Shown here piece by piece: positions 47,712 through 57,501 of a stretch of DNA of 64,000 nucleotides. The DNA comes from an uncultured Spirochaetaceae bacterium (GTDB lineage: Bacteria > Spirochaetota > Spirochaetia > Treponematales > Treponemataceae). Position 1 is the stretch's first letter, and every line of letters begins with the position of its first letter. The stretch lies in assembly GCA_902802305.1 (NCBI GenBank), contig CADCLG010000020.1, forward strand, positions 10,335 through 74,334, written 5' to 3'. The notes beneath the pieces are model-generated. The model saw only the letters and a program-made list of their open reading frames with translations, had not been told where the DNA came from and made no database searches. Made by a program: the position numbers and the translations under genes.

Positions 47712-49109
47712 TTAGTCGTCACTCAAATTAATTCCGCGTCCGTATTCCTGTTTTTTCCAGATTACAGGCTGATTTATATCATCCTGCAATTTATATCCTT
47801 CAGGTCGGCTCAAAGACTTTCGCAGAGGGGTTCCGTAACCGGCAGAAAGCTCTTCTTCGCTAAAGAGGGATTCGCCCCAGGATTTTTTCTCTTCTTTTTT
47901 AAGAGCTTCTTCCTTTTTTGGAGGCTCTGCATATTTTCTGTCAGTCTGAGCAGCTGCTCTTTCTGATTTGAACAAACCATTGAAATCAGAAATATTCATA
48001 ACATTTGGATCGTTGATTTCAGGCTCTGGAACTTTTTCTGGTTCAGCTTCTACAACCTCTTCGAGTTCTTCTTCCGGCTCAAAACCTGTTGCAATCACTG
48101 TAACGCTGATTCTGTCTTCCATTGTCGGATCTGTAACCTGTCCCCAGTAAAGGTTATAATCTTTTGCTGCCCGTGATGTAACAATCTTACAGATTTCATC
48201 AACTTCGCTCATTGAAACTTCTTCAGAAGCACAAATATTTATAAGGATATTTTTTGCACCATCAATATGTGAATCTTCAAGCATAGGATTTGAAATTGCC
48301 CTTGAAGCAGCATCTACGGCACGGTTTTCGCCTTCTCCAATACCGATTCCTAAAATTGCATTTCCCTGTCCCTGCATTGTATTTTTTACGTCAGCAAAGT
48401 CTGTATTTACATCACCAGGATTTGTAATAATATTTGAAATGCCTTCTACGCCCTGTCGCAATACATCGTCAGCAACTTTAAATGCCTGGCGAACGGAAGT
48501 ATTTTTATCTACAACTTTAAGTATCTGCTGGTTTGGTATTACGATTAAAGAGTCAACCTGCTCATGGAGTTTTTCAAGACCAGCAAGAGCCTGTCTCATG
48601 CGAACTGGGCCTTCAAAATCAAAGGGAGTTGTAACAACAGCAACTGTCAATGCACCTAATTCGCGGGCAATTCTGGCAACTACAGGTGCTGAACCAGTTC
48701 CTGTTCCACCGCCCATTCCGGCTGTAACAAAAACCATATCTGCACCACGAAGTGAGTTTGTAATAAGTTCTTTATCTTCTTCTGCGGCCTGCTCACCCAT
48801 GGTAGGACGTCCACCAGAACCAAGACCTTTTGTTACTTTCTGACCAATTGCTAATTTATTTGGAGTTTTTGAACCCTGCAAGGCCTGTAAATCTGTATTG
48901 ATTGCAATAAATTCAACACCATGAATACTTGCTTCAATCATGCGGTTAACGGCATTTCCGCCACCGCCACCACAACCAATTACCTTAATTACAGTAGGGT
49001 TGTTATTATTAATCTGTTGAGAAACCAATGCTTCATTCTGAGTAGCCTGTTCATTCAGTTCCTCATCATCAACTTCATTTACTATTGAAAAATTCATATT
49101 TCCTCCCAT
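47712..49109 (-). CDS. ftsZ: Cell division protein FtsZ
   Basis: [23 protein letters not shown] and DFADV motifs; real start may be the second Met. Confidence 0.99.
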   Translation of the reverse strand: MGGNMNFSIVNEVDDEELNEQATQNEALVSQQINNNNPTVIKVIGCGGGGGNAVNRMIEASIHGVEFIAINTDLQALQGSKTPNKLAIGQKVTKGLGSGGRPTMGEQAAEEDKELITNSLRGADMVFVTAGMGGGTGTGSAPVVARIARELGALTVAVVTTPFDFEGPVRMRQALAGLEKLHEQVDSLIVIPNQQILKVVDKNTSVRQAFKVADDVLRQGVEGISNIITNPGDVNTDFADVKNTMQGQGNAILGIGIGEGENRAVDAASRAISNPMLEDSHIDGAKNILINICASEEVSMSEVDEICKIVTSRAAKDYNLYWGQVTDPTMEDRISVTVIATGFEPEEELEEVVEAEPEKVPEPEINDPNVMNISDFNGLFKSERAAAQTDRKYAEPPKKEEALKKEEKKSWGESLFSEEELSAGYGTPLRKSLSRPEGYKLQDDINQPVIWKKQEYGRGINLSDD

Positions 49110-49137
49110 TTTATGAATTACAAAGTTTTACTTGAAC

Positions 49138-50406
49138 TTAAAAAAATATTTTTTTAATCTTTTTTAAGAAGCCATCTCCTTCTTTTGTATTTTTTGCAGT
49201 TCCTCGTCGCTTGGATTTTTTACGTGCATCGCGTTTTTCTAAAATACCTTTATTTGCAACTAAAAGACCAATTGCGGTTGCAAATTCTGGATTTCTGTAC
49301 TGTTCTTCTATTCCGCCAAGACTTTCTGGAACGCCGACTCTTACAGAAGAGGTTTTAAAAACACTTTGTGCAAGTTCTACAGCCCCCTGCATTCTTGCAC
49401 CTGCGCCAGTAAGGATAATATTTCCAGAAAGCTGTTTTATTGAATCATTTGTATTTTTAATGATAGCGGCTTTTACCATGGTAAAAATCTGTTCCATTCT
49501 GGCCTGGATAATCTGGCATAAATCAGATTTTCCAATAACCTCAGGTGCACGGCCACCAACTCCAGGTAAAATTACATCATCATCAGATTCTATTCCAGGA
49601 AGCCAGCAGCAACCTGATTCGATTTTTATTTTTTCGGCAGCAGCAACTGGGATTCCTGTTACAATGGCTATGTCATTTGTTACAAAGTTTCCGCCTACCT
49701 GAACAGATGCTGTACTGATTGGAGCACCATTTAATAAAACAATTACATCTGTTGTTCCAGCGCCCAAATCAATAATGATGGATCCAAGTTCCATTTCATC
49801 TTCGTGGCAGACAGCCTGAACTTCGGCAAGAGTTTTGAGCATTACTCCGTCCAAACCATAACCTGCCCTGCTCATACAGGAACGGATATTCTGAATTACA
49901 TTTTTTGAAGCTGTAACAATATGAACTTCTGCTTCCAGTTTAAATCCTAATCTGTTTACCGGGTCAGAAATACCACCAACGCCATCAACAAGATAATTTT
50001 GAGGAATTACATGGATTTTTTCCCTGTCAGCAGGATAATTTATTGCAGTTGCTATATCGATTACTTTTGAGACATCTTCTGGAGTTACTGCACTGGTATT
50101 ATTTTTTCCGTTGGGACGGATTGGAACAACACCACGTGAATTTTCGCTTTCAATTTGAGAACCGCCAATCGAAGCAATAACTGAATTTGCAATGATTCCA
50201 GCTTCCTGTTCTGCGCTTTCGATTGCTTCTTTTATTACATCCTTTGCATCTTCAATATTAACAATTACACCGTTTCTTAAACCGGCCGATTTTTTTGAAG
50301 AAGTTGCAATTACGTGCAGGTTTCCGCCTTCATCAACTTCGCCGACAGCAACCCTTATAACACTTGTACCTATATCCAGGCCTACAATACATCTATCATC
50401 CGCCAT
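49138..50406 (-). CDS. ftsA: Cell division protein FtsA
   Basis: GLDIGTS, DLGAGTTD, GGNFVTNDIA and FATAIGL motifs. Confidence 0.98.
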   Translation of the reverse strand: MADDRCIVGLDIGTSVIRVAVGEVDEGGNLHVIATSSKKSAGLRNGVIVNIEDAKDVIKEAIESAEQEAGIIANSVIASIGGSQIESENSRGVVPIRPNGKNNTSAVTPEDVSKVIDIATAINYPADREKIHVIPQNYLVDGVGGISDPVNRLGFKLEAEVHIVTASKNVIQNIRSCMSRAGYGLDGVMLKTLAEVQAVCHEDEMELGSIIIDLGAGTTDVIVLLNGAPISTASVQVGGNFVTNDIAIVTGIPVAAAEKIKIESGCCWLPGIESDDDVILPGVGGRAPEVIGKSDLCQIIQARMEQIFTMVKAAIIKNTNDSIKQLSGNIILTGAGARMQGAVELAQSVFKTSSVRVGVPESLGGIEEQYRNPEFATAIGLLVANKGILEKRDARKKSKRRGTAKNTKEGDGFLKKIKKIFF

Positions 50407-50417
50407 TTCAGAAACCT

Positions 50418-51266
50418 CTATCTTATTTTACAGGAAACAGAGCCGTAACGCAAATCCAACTCAGGAACATCTGCATCTAGTAATTTTATTACATCTAATA
50501 CTACCATCATATACTTTAATGATTCTTCATTCAATGTGCGATCTGTTAAAACTTTAGTTTTTGCCTGCGATGGAATAAGCTCCAGCTCGTAAGTTCCAGT
50601 TTCTTTTGGCAGAACACAGATTTCAGATATTCCGGCAAAATAATTTTTTCCCATTTCTTTGATTTTTAAAATCTGTTCAATCAGAGGACGATATTTTGAA
50701 GAAATTCTCATTCCTCCTGACATGTGCTCTACAGACAATCCTGAAATAATAGGAATTTCATTTGTATTTAATACTTCATTATTTTTTAGAGCAAAGAGAA
50801 CGCCGTTTTTATCTATCTGAACCGGATTTGTTCTTCCGTTTTCTTCAATAAAGGTTACTGCTACAGGGTCGCGCTCAACAACATCAATAAAAATTTTATC
50901 TGGAAATTTCTTTTCAATTATAACTTTTTCAATTCCAGGCTCGGATGAAAGCAGGGAAACAGCCTGATCGATATCAAAATCAAACCAGCTGGTACTGTTC
51001 ATAGGTAATAATTTGATTGCAATTTCTTCTGCGCTATAATTTTTCTGTCCATTTACCGTTACTTTGGGGCTTTCAAAGCTGGGCATGATGTACTTATAAA
51101 TAATCAGCTCACCAAAGAGAATAAGACAGAGTATGCAGAAAATTATTTTAATGATTTTAAATTTTCTTTCACTTGAATCTGCCATCTTTTCTCCTTCTAT
51201 AGTTTCTACATTTTCATTTTCTACAAAAACAGAATCACCATTCATAAGTAAACTAAAATCGCTCAT
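50418..51266 (-). CDS. ftsQ: Cell division protein FtsQ/DivIB
   Basis: Single TM helix; POTRA domain (KKFPDKIFIDVVERDP); C-terminal DLRY; between ftsW and ftsA. Confidence 0.9.
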   Translation of the reverse strand: MSDFSLLMNGDSVFVENENVETIEGEKMADSSERKFKIIKIIFCILCLILFGELIIYKYIMPSFESPKVTVNGQKNYSAEEIAIKLLPMNSTSWFDFDIDQAVSLLSSEPGIEKVIIEKKFPDKIFIDVVERDPVAVTFIEENGRTNPVQIDKNGVLFALKNNEVLNTNEIPIISGLSVEHMSGGMRISSKYRPLIEQILKIKEMGKNYFAGISEICVLPKETGTYELELIPSQAKTKVLTDRTLNEESLKYMMVVLDVIKLLDADVPELDLRYGSVSCKIR

Positions 51267-51289
51267 TATCCTACCCTTTTTACTAAACT

Positions 51290-52489
51290 TTATAATACAG
51301 TTAATGTATCAATATTTATTTCATCATAGCTTGAAACCAAAGGTTCATCATAAGAATCATCGCAGCGGGAAGCATTTAAGACAAAACCACACATCGCCAG
51401 AGTTACCATTATTGATGAACCACCAACAGAAAAAAACGGCAGCGGAATACCTGTAGAAGGCAATAATCCGCAGACAACCATACAATTTATCAGGGACTGC
51501 ACAACAATAACAGAGACACAACCAAAGGCTGCATAGGCTGCAAATCTGTTAGGACACTTGAATGCAGTTCTGTATCCTCTCCATGCAAAAAATCCTAGAA
51601 GACAGAAATAAATGATTACACCGACAAAGCCCATTGCTTCTGTCCAACCGGCAAAAATATAATCGGCCTGAACTTCGGGAATGCTGTTCAATTTTGAAAG
51701 CCCCTGACCTATTCCTGTTCCCCATGCACCTCCTGCGGTAATTGCATTTTTTGCGGCATTCACCTGATAGTTTATGGTATTCGTATTTTCATCAGGACGA
51801 AGAAAACCTATGATTCTTTCAATTCGATACTGTTCTGTTGCTACAATCAAAACCAGTAGAGGAATTGCTATCAAAGCAAAGGGGAAAACCCACTTGAGCT
51901 TTGAACCGGATACATAAAACATCAGAATGCCGATTAAAACTAAAAATAAACTTGTAGAAAAATCCTTCTGCAGCAAAACGAAAAGCACCATTAAAAGAAA
52001 CATTCCTACACAAGGAAGAACATCCCTGTCTTCAATATTTTCAATTTCAAACTGCTTGTCAAAATAGCTTGCCAGATAAAGGACAAGTGTAAATTTTACC
52101 AGCTCCGATGTCTGGAAGGTAAAATGAAAAGGCATTTTAAGCCAGCGCCGCGCTCCGTTTTTTTCAACAGAAAGCGGCTTTATAAAGGTAAGGATGCAAA
52201 GTATCAATGTAATTATTACAAGATAAAAAATGCATTTTTTTATTGTCTTCATATCAACCAGGAGAAAGGCAAAAAAGAGGGCGAATCCAACCATAGAACA
52301 GATAAACTGTCTCTTTACAAAATAGAGGGAATCATTATTAAAAAATCTTGCGGCATAATTTTGAGAACAGAAGAACATTGTAAAAAGTCCGACTCCCCAC
52401 AAAAGAAGAACGGAAATCAAAAAGAAGACATCGCACTTGTGGTATTCCTGAGAGGGTCTTTGAGCAACAAAACTATACTGATTCATCAT
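51290..52489 (-). CDS. ftsW: SEDS peptidoglycan polymerase FtsW
   Basis: NGARRW, QTSELVK, PEVQADYIF and TGIPLPFFSVGGSS motifs. Confidence 0.95.
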   Translation of the reverse strand: MMNQYSFVAQRPSQEYHKCDVFFLISVLLLWGVGLFTMFFCSQNYAARFFNNDSLYFVKRQFICSMVGFALFFAFLLVDMKTIKKCIFYLVIITLILCILTFIKPLSVEKNGARRWLKMPFHFTFQTSELVKFTLVLYLASYFDKQFEIENIEDRDVLPCVGMFLLMVLFVLLQKDFSTSLFLVLIGILMFYVSGSKLKWVFPFALIAIPLLVLIVATEQYRIERIIGFLRPDENTNTINYQVNAAKNAITAGGAWGTGIGQGLSKLNSIPEVQADYIFAGWTEAMGFVGVIIYFCLLGFFAWRGYRTAFKCPNRFAAYAAFGCVSVIVVQSLINCMVVCGLLPSTGIPLPFFSVGGSSIMVTLAMCGFVLNASRCDDSYDEPLVSSYDEINIDTLTVL

Positions 52490-53940
52490 AAGCTCCCTCC
52501 CGCCAGCAAATTTTCAATTTTTTCCAAAGCCATACTGTGTGAACCTTTTAAAAGAATCAAAGCTCCTTCTTCACTGACTTCATTTATTTTTTCTGCTATA
52601 TCTTCAAAATTTTCATCAGAATTATCGGCAAAATAAAAGGCTCTTCCAGTAAAATTTTCGGAGACAAGTTTTTTATAGCAGTTTTTCATTTCTTCACCGA
52701 CAAGATAAACAAATTCTGCTTCTGAAGAAATTATTTTTTCTGCAATTTGTTCGTGGGCACTTTTTGAATCACTTCCTAATTCCTTCATATCGCCCAGAAC
52801 AAAGATTTTTCTGCTTTTTTCACTAAGTTTTCCACAAAAATCAATTACTTTTCCCATGGAGTCAGGATTAGCATTATAACAGTCAGAAATAAGCATTATC
52901 TTTTTTCCAGATTTCAGACTGATTTTTTTTGAATCCATTCTTCCGCTGACAACCTTCATTTTTTCCAAACCAGCTTTTACACAGGCTGCCGGAATTTTCA
53001 ATTCTCTTGCAAGGGCAATTACAGCAAGAGCATTCTGATAATTATATTCGCCAATCAGAGGAAAATTAATAATCTGATTTTCATAGGAGAATACACAGCC
53101 TAAAAGCCCCTTATCTTCAAGAAATTCAACACCACTTACAGAGGCAGGAATATTTTTACCGTACTTAACAACTTTTCCACACACTCTTTCAACACAATAA
53201 TCAGCATAAGGGTCATCAGCTGGAACAAATACCGCACCATCCGCTGGAATATAATCAAAAGACTTGCGTTTTTCTTCTGCAATATTTTTCCGAGAACCTA
53301 AAAGTCCAATATGGGCAGTTCCAATATTTGTGATAATTCCGTACTGAGATTTTAAAACCTTTGAAATTTCACCGATTTCATTAACGCGGTTCATTCCCAT
53401 TTCAAAAATTCCAGCCTTTTCATTTCCCTTAATCTGAAAAACCGAAAGAGGCAAACCTGTTTCAGAATTAAAATTGCCTTTTGTATATGCAATATTTTCT
53501 TCGCCAAAATATTCCCGCAAAACAGAAACTACAAGCTCTTTTGTTGTAGTTTTTCCGCTTGAACCAGTTATACTGATTTTTATTAGATTTGGGAAAGAGG
53601 CAACATAAGCTTCTGCTGCATCCTGTAAAGCATGAAGAGTATTTTCTACGCAGATAAAAGCAATTCCTGCATTTTCTTCTGCAAGCTTATCATAACAAGT
53701 CTTATTAACGGCATATTCATCATTATTTATAAAAACAACACTTGCTTTCTTTTCAATTGCCTGAGGAATATATTTGTGCCCGTTCTGATTTTCCCCAATA
53801 AGAGGAACAAAAAGAGTATTTTCTACAACTTCGCGACTGTCGGTTGCAACCTTCTCAAAATAACAATCTTTTTTATTATTCAGTGCCCTTCCTTTTACGG
53901 CAGAAAGCAGCTGCTCCATATTCAAAAGTGATTTTTTCAT
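52486..53940 (-). CDS. murF: UDP-MurNAc-tripeptide--D-Ala-D-Ala ligase
   Basis: TDSR, ITGSSGKTTTKE, EMGM, DCYNANPDSM, LGDMKELG and LLKGS motifs. Confidence 0.97.
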   Translation of the reverse strand: MKKSLLNMEQLLSAVKGRALNNKKDCYFEKVATDSREVVENTLFVPLIGENQNGHKYIPQAIEKKASVVFINNDEYAVNKTCYDKLAEENAGIAFICVENTLHALQDAAEAYVASFPNLIKISITGSSGKTTTKELVVSVLREYFGEENIAYTKGNFNSETGLPLSVFQIKGNEKAGIFEMGMNRVNEIGEISKVLKSQYGIITNIGTAHIGLLGSRKNIAEEKRKSFDYIPADGAVFVPADDPYADYCVERVCGKVVKYGKNIPASVSGVEFLEDKGLLGCVFSYENQIINFPLIGEYNYQNALAVIALARELKIPAACVKAGLEKMKVVSGRMDSKKISLKSGKKIMLISDCYNANPDSMGKVIDFCGKLSEKSRKIFVLGDMKELGSDSKSAHEQIAEKIISSEAEFVYLVGEEMKNCYKKLVSENFTGRAFYFADNSDENFEDIAEKINEVSEEGALILLKGSHSMALEKIENLLAGGSL

Positions 53941-54251
53941 TTCTTCTCTCCCGTCATTTCCACACGAATAATATCGTCCTTGTCCGCTTTATGCATACCA
54001 AGCTCTTCTACTGCAATTTTTTCAATTCGGCTTGCACTTGAAAGCACACTGATTTCGCTTACAAGTTTTTTATTGTCTTCTATAAGTTTTTCCTGCTTTG
54101 TTTCCAGCTCGCGGATTTCTTTTGTTAAATCTGTGTATCGTTTTGCCTGAAATGCATATAGTCCAAGCATTAAAGGAATTGACATGGTAAGCAAAGAAAT
54201 GAGGATAATCTTAAATACGTTTTTTGCCTTTTCTTTCTTTAATCTGTTCAT
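53937..54251 (-). CDS. ftsL: Cell division protein FtsL
   Basis: TM helix plus coiled coil; RIEKIAVEELGM; directly after rsmH. Confidence 0.88.
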   Translation of the reverse strand: MNRLKKEKAKNVFKIILISLLTMSIPLMLGLYAFQAKRYTDLTKEIRELETKQEKLIEDNKKLVSEISVLSSASRIEKIAVEELGMHKADKDDIIRVEMTGEKK

Positions 54252-54252
54252 T

Positions 54253-55239
54253 TTAATATCCTACCACTCCGTCAAGTCTAAATTCATTTGCATCACAAAT
54301 TTTTCTAACTACCCTAAGCTTTGCACTTCTGGAAGGTGAATTAGTTTTCACTTCCTCTTCTGTAGGACAGACAGGCTTTCTTGTCAGGATTTCTGCACAT
54401 TGTTTTCCACCGCAGCGACAGATTGCAACTTCCGGCGGACAGACACACTGCTTTCCCAAATTCCTGAAATAATTTTTAACAATTCTGTCTTCCAGAGAAT
54501 GGAAAGTTATTACACCCATTTTTCCATTAACTTTCAAATCGTTAAATGCATTGTGCAAGGCCGAAGGAAGGCGTTTCAATTCGCTGTTTACCGCAATTCT
54601 CAAAGCTTGGAAAGTTCTTGTTGCAGGATGAATGTTTCCATAGCGATAATTAGCAGGAACTGCATCCCAGATAATCTGAGCAAGGGCTTTGGAGGATTCA
54701 ATTTTCCCGCCTTTTCTTGCAGCAACAATTGCAGCTGCAATTCTTCTGCTGAGTTTTTCTTCACCATACAGATAGATTAAATCAGCAAGCTTTTCTTCGG
54801 GTAAATCATTTACTAAATCTGCTGCACTCGTATCACTATTGGAATTAAGGCGCATATCAAGTTTTTCATCATATCTAAAACTAAAGCCCCTCTGTGCTCT
54901 TTCATAATGAAATACAGAGATTCCCAAATCAAAAAGGATTATATCTGGTTTATCATATTCGGATGGATAGTTCTGGTAAAAATCATTAAACCAGCCATTA
55001 TAAAAATGGATTCTCTCTCCAAACTGAGACAGGCGTTCTTTTGCACGGGCTTGAATTGCAGAATCTGCATCAAGTCCAACAACTGAAAGTCCCGGAAATC
55101 TTGAGAGAAAATTGTATGTATGTCCGCCCTCGCCCAATGTCGAATCAATCATCAGACAATGATTCTCATAAGGCTCTCCAACAGGAGAAAGTAAGCTGAG
55201 ACATTCATTTAATAGTACCGGAGTATGTACAATTTCCAT
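54253..55239 (-). CDS. rsmH: 16S rRNA m4C1402 methyltransferase
   Basis: HTPVLL, DSTLGEGGH, RGFSF, LDMR, FQALRIAVN, FHSLEDR and RSAKLR motifs. Confidence 0.98.
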   Translation of the reverse strand: MEIVHTPVLLNECLSLLSPVGEPYENHCLMIDSTLGEGGHTYNFLSRFPGLSVVGLDADSAIQARAKERLSQFGERIHFYNGWFNDFYQNYPSEYDKPDIILFDLGISVFHYERAQRGFSFRYDEKLDMRLNSNSDTSAADLVNDLPEEKLADLIYLYGEEKLSRRIAAAIVAARKGGKIESSKALAQIIWDAVPANYRYGNIHPATRTFQALRIAVNSELKRLPSALHNAFNDLKVNGKMGVITFHSLEDRIVKNYFRNLGKQCVCPPEVAICRCGGKQCAEILTRKPVCPTEEEVKTNSPSRSAKLRVVRKICDANEFRLDGVVGY

Positions 55240-55250
55240 TTTAGTAAAAA

Positions 55251-55287
55251 TTACCAGAGCTCAGTATAAAAATACTGAGCCTGGTAA
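55251..55287 (-). terminator. Strong hairpin (possible attenuator) between mraZ and rsmH
   Basis: ttaccag.gctcagtat-aaaa-atactgagc-ctggtaa; followed by TTTTT on the minus strand. Confidence 0.55.
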
Positions 55288-55311
55288 AGTCCCCTTCCAC
55301 CCTAAGATTAT

Positions 55312-55755
55312 TTAGAAATTAATATCATTAAATTCTTCCGCGGCATCGCGGAATTGCTCTTCGCTCGAATTTAAGTATTCTGTATAGGACGCAGAATCCC
55401 AAATTTCTACATACTTAGCAATACCAAGAATTGTACAATCTTTAGAAAGTCCTGCGTACTCACGTAAACTGGCAGGAATAGACAAACGACCGTTTTTATC
55501 AAACTCAATTTCCTGAGCCGGCGCTATCAACTGACGGATAACTCTTAAACTTTTTTCCTTCAACATTGAAGCATTACTCATTAATTTTGTCTGGAAAACT
55601 GACCATTCGTCTGGAGTAAAAAGCCATAAGCAGCGTCCTGAACCTTTAGTGACAATAACTACGTTCTGATTAATAGCCGTTCTCAACTTTGTTGGAAAGG
55701 AGACGCGACCTTTTTCATCAATCGTATTATTGTATTCACCAGTTAATAGATTCAT
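55312..55755 (-). CDS. mraZ: Division/cell wall cluster transcriptional regulator MraZ
   Basis: GEYNNTIDEKGRVSFP and FDKNGRLSIP (two DxxGR motifs); ATG at 55755. Confidence 0.97.
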   Translation of the reverse strand: MNLLTGEYNNTIDEKGRVSFPTKLRTAINQNVVIVTKGSGRCLWLFTPDEWSVFQTKLMSNASMLKEKSLRVIRQLIAPAQEIEFDKNGRLSIPASLREYAGLSKDCTILGIAKYVEIWDSASYTEYLNSSEEQFRDAAEEFNDINF

Positions 55756-55757
55756 AC

Positions 55758-55791
55758 CCACTTATTACCACTTTTTACCACAATTTCCCAC
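55758..55791 (-). promoter_or_regulatory. MraZ operator: four GTGG boxes at a 10-bp period
   Basis: CCAC on the plus strand at 55758, 55768, 55778 and 55788; matches the known MraZ GTGG-N6 repeat. Confidence 0.85.
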
Positions 55792-55800
55792 TTATCACCT

Positions 55801-55828
55801 ATTTTATACTAAAAAATTCTAAAGTCAA
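55801..55828 (-). promoter_or_regulatory. Sigma70 promoter of the dcw operon
   Basis: Minus strand TTGACT-N16-TAAAAT directly upstream of the MraZ boxes. Confidence 0.6.
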
Positions 55829-55929
55829 CGCTCTTTTTTGCCAATAATTTAAAAAGTCGATTTTTTTTTCTTTATTTACACATACACAAAAATACTTTAT
55901 TTTATACAAGTATATTTTTAAACAAGACT

Positions 55930-56673
55930 ATGACTTCAAAAAAAATAAATACCTACAATGAAAGCAGTCTCCACAACACTCTGAAGCTTTTGTATGCAGA
56001 AAATTCAAAAGGAAAAACAGAAATAGAAGAAAATGGATATATTTATGATATAATCACGGGGGATTCCAACGTAATAGAAATACAGACAAAAAACCTGTCA
56101 AAGCTTCTTCCTAAAATAATGGCAACATTAGACAAAGGAAAAAAAATTACTGTAGTCCACCCTCTTGTCGTCACAAAAAGAATTGTCTTATACTCAAAAG
56201 ATGGCAAGCTTATCTCAAATCGCAAAAGTCCCAAAAAGAAAAGTATTTATGATTTATTTGAAGAATTAACTGGCATTTATCCTGTTCTTCTAAATGAAAA
56301 TTTTACCCTTGAAGTTTTAGAAATTTCTTTAATCGAAGAAAGAATAAAAACAGAAGAAGCTGTAAACTCTAAAAATAAAGGCAGAAGATTCAAAAAAAAC
56401 TGGATAAAAATAAACAAACGCCTGGATGAAATTATTAATACAAAAATCTTCAGAAAAAAATCAGATTATTTAGAGCTGCTCCCCAAAAGCTTACCGGAAA
56501 TTTTCTGTGCAAAAAATTTAGAAGAATGTCTAAAAAATAAAAATTATCCGCAAAATGCATACAAAAACGCCCATTTAATTTTATGGGTCTTATCCAGAAT
56601 GGATTTAATTGAATTATCAGAAAAACCAGAAGATATTCCCAAAACAAGAGCAAAATATTACAGAATCAAATAA
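55930..56673 (+). CDS. Hypothetical protein, putative PD-(D/E)xK nuclease fold
   Basis: ESSLHNTLK...E...YIYDI...VIEIQT pattern; highly basic. Confidence 0.65.
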   Translation: MTSKKINTYNESSLHNTLKLLYAENSKGKTEIEENGYIYDIITGDSNVIEIQTKNLSKLLPKIMATLDKGKKITVVHPLVVTKRIVLYSKDGKLISNRKSPKKKSIYDLFEELTGIYPVLLNENFTLEVLEISLIEERIKTEEAVNSKNKGRRFKKNWIKINKRLDEIINTKIFRKKSDYLELLPKSLPEIFCAKNLEECLKNKNYPQNAYKNAHLILWVLSRMDLIELSEKPEDIPKTRAKYYRIK

Positions 56674-56729
56674 TCACAGAACAAATTTTATAATGAATAA
56701 AATTTATAATGAATAAAATCTAGTTAAAC

Positions 56730-56763
56730 AAAAAAAAAGACAGATCCTAAGACCTGCCTTTTT
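56730..56763. terminator. Bidirectional terminator downstream of the flaA pair
   Basis: A9-gacagatc-ctaa-gacctgcc-T5. Confidence 0.65.
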
Positions 56764-56787
56764 AGTTTGCATTACTCGCCTGAAAGA

Positions 56788-57501
56788 TTACCAGTTATCA
56801 AGCATATCATCTTCGTCACGGTTTTCCATATCATAAAGATCGGTTACTACACGAAGATCATCGAGATAAAGGTAATATGAACCTCTAGCCTGCATTGGGT
56901 TACAATCAACTCTGAATCCAAGGATTTTGAATCCAGGTTTGTCGCCATAGTATACGCTGCTCTGAACAATACCATGTTCTCCATCTGGACTAGGTGGAAC
57001 TACACAAGTAAGTTTTTTCCGACTACTGAATCCAAGATTACCCATATAAAGCTCGTAGTTACGTCCAAAATAATCCTGAACCATAACATACATTTCATGT
57101 TCCTGATTGCGTCCACAAACCCACATTGATACAGTTTTTACAGTTCCTTCTACAGGTAAAGGACGTCCAGCCATGATTGTAAATGAATCCAAACCGCGGC
57201 GGAAGAAATCAACACGAACACCAAGAACCTGTGTATCTTCATCTTCTTTTCCTTCATCTTCTGGAAGAGGCTCTTTCATAGCAGGAGTTCCATCAAAAAG
57301 TCTTGCGGCAATTACACCATCATCAGAAGACATATGAACAAACCACGAACCTTCTCTTTCAAACTTATCAACAGAAACTTCACGCAAAGACATCATTGCA
57401 GAATCTGCACCTACTGTTTCTGGATTAGCACTTGCAACGCTCTGTGCAAAAATTAATCCGGCAAATGAAAATGCCAATACAATTGCTAATATTTTTTTCA
57501 T
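56788..57501 (-). CDS. flaA: Flagellar filament outer-layer (sheath) protein, FlaA family
   Basis: Signal peptide; VLGVRVDFFRRG, KTVSMWVCGR and YLYLDDLRVVTD motifs. Confidence 0.9.
   Translation of the reverse strand: MKKILAIVLAFSFAGLIFAQSVASANPETVGADSAMMSLREVSVDKFEREGSWFVHMSSDDGVIAARLFDGTPAMKEPLPEDEGKEDEDTQVLGVRVDFFRRGLDSFTIMAGRPLPVEGTVKTVSMWVCGRNQEHEMYVMVQDYFGRNYELYMGNLGFSSRKKLTCVVPPSPDGEHGIVQSSVYYGDKPGFKILGFRVDCNPMQARGSYYLYLDDLRVVTDLYDMENRDEDDMLDNW

Noticed and set aside
51290..55755. dcw cluster lacking ftsI, murE, mraY, murD and murG
   Set aside because: A reduced dcw cluster is normal for Treponema
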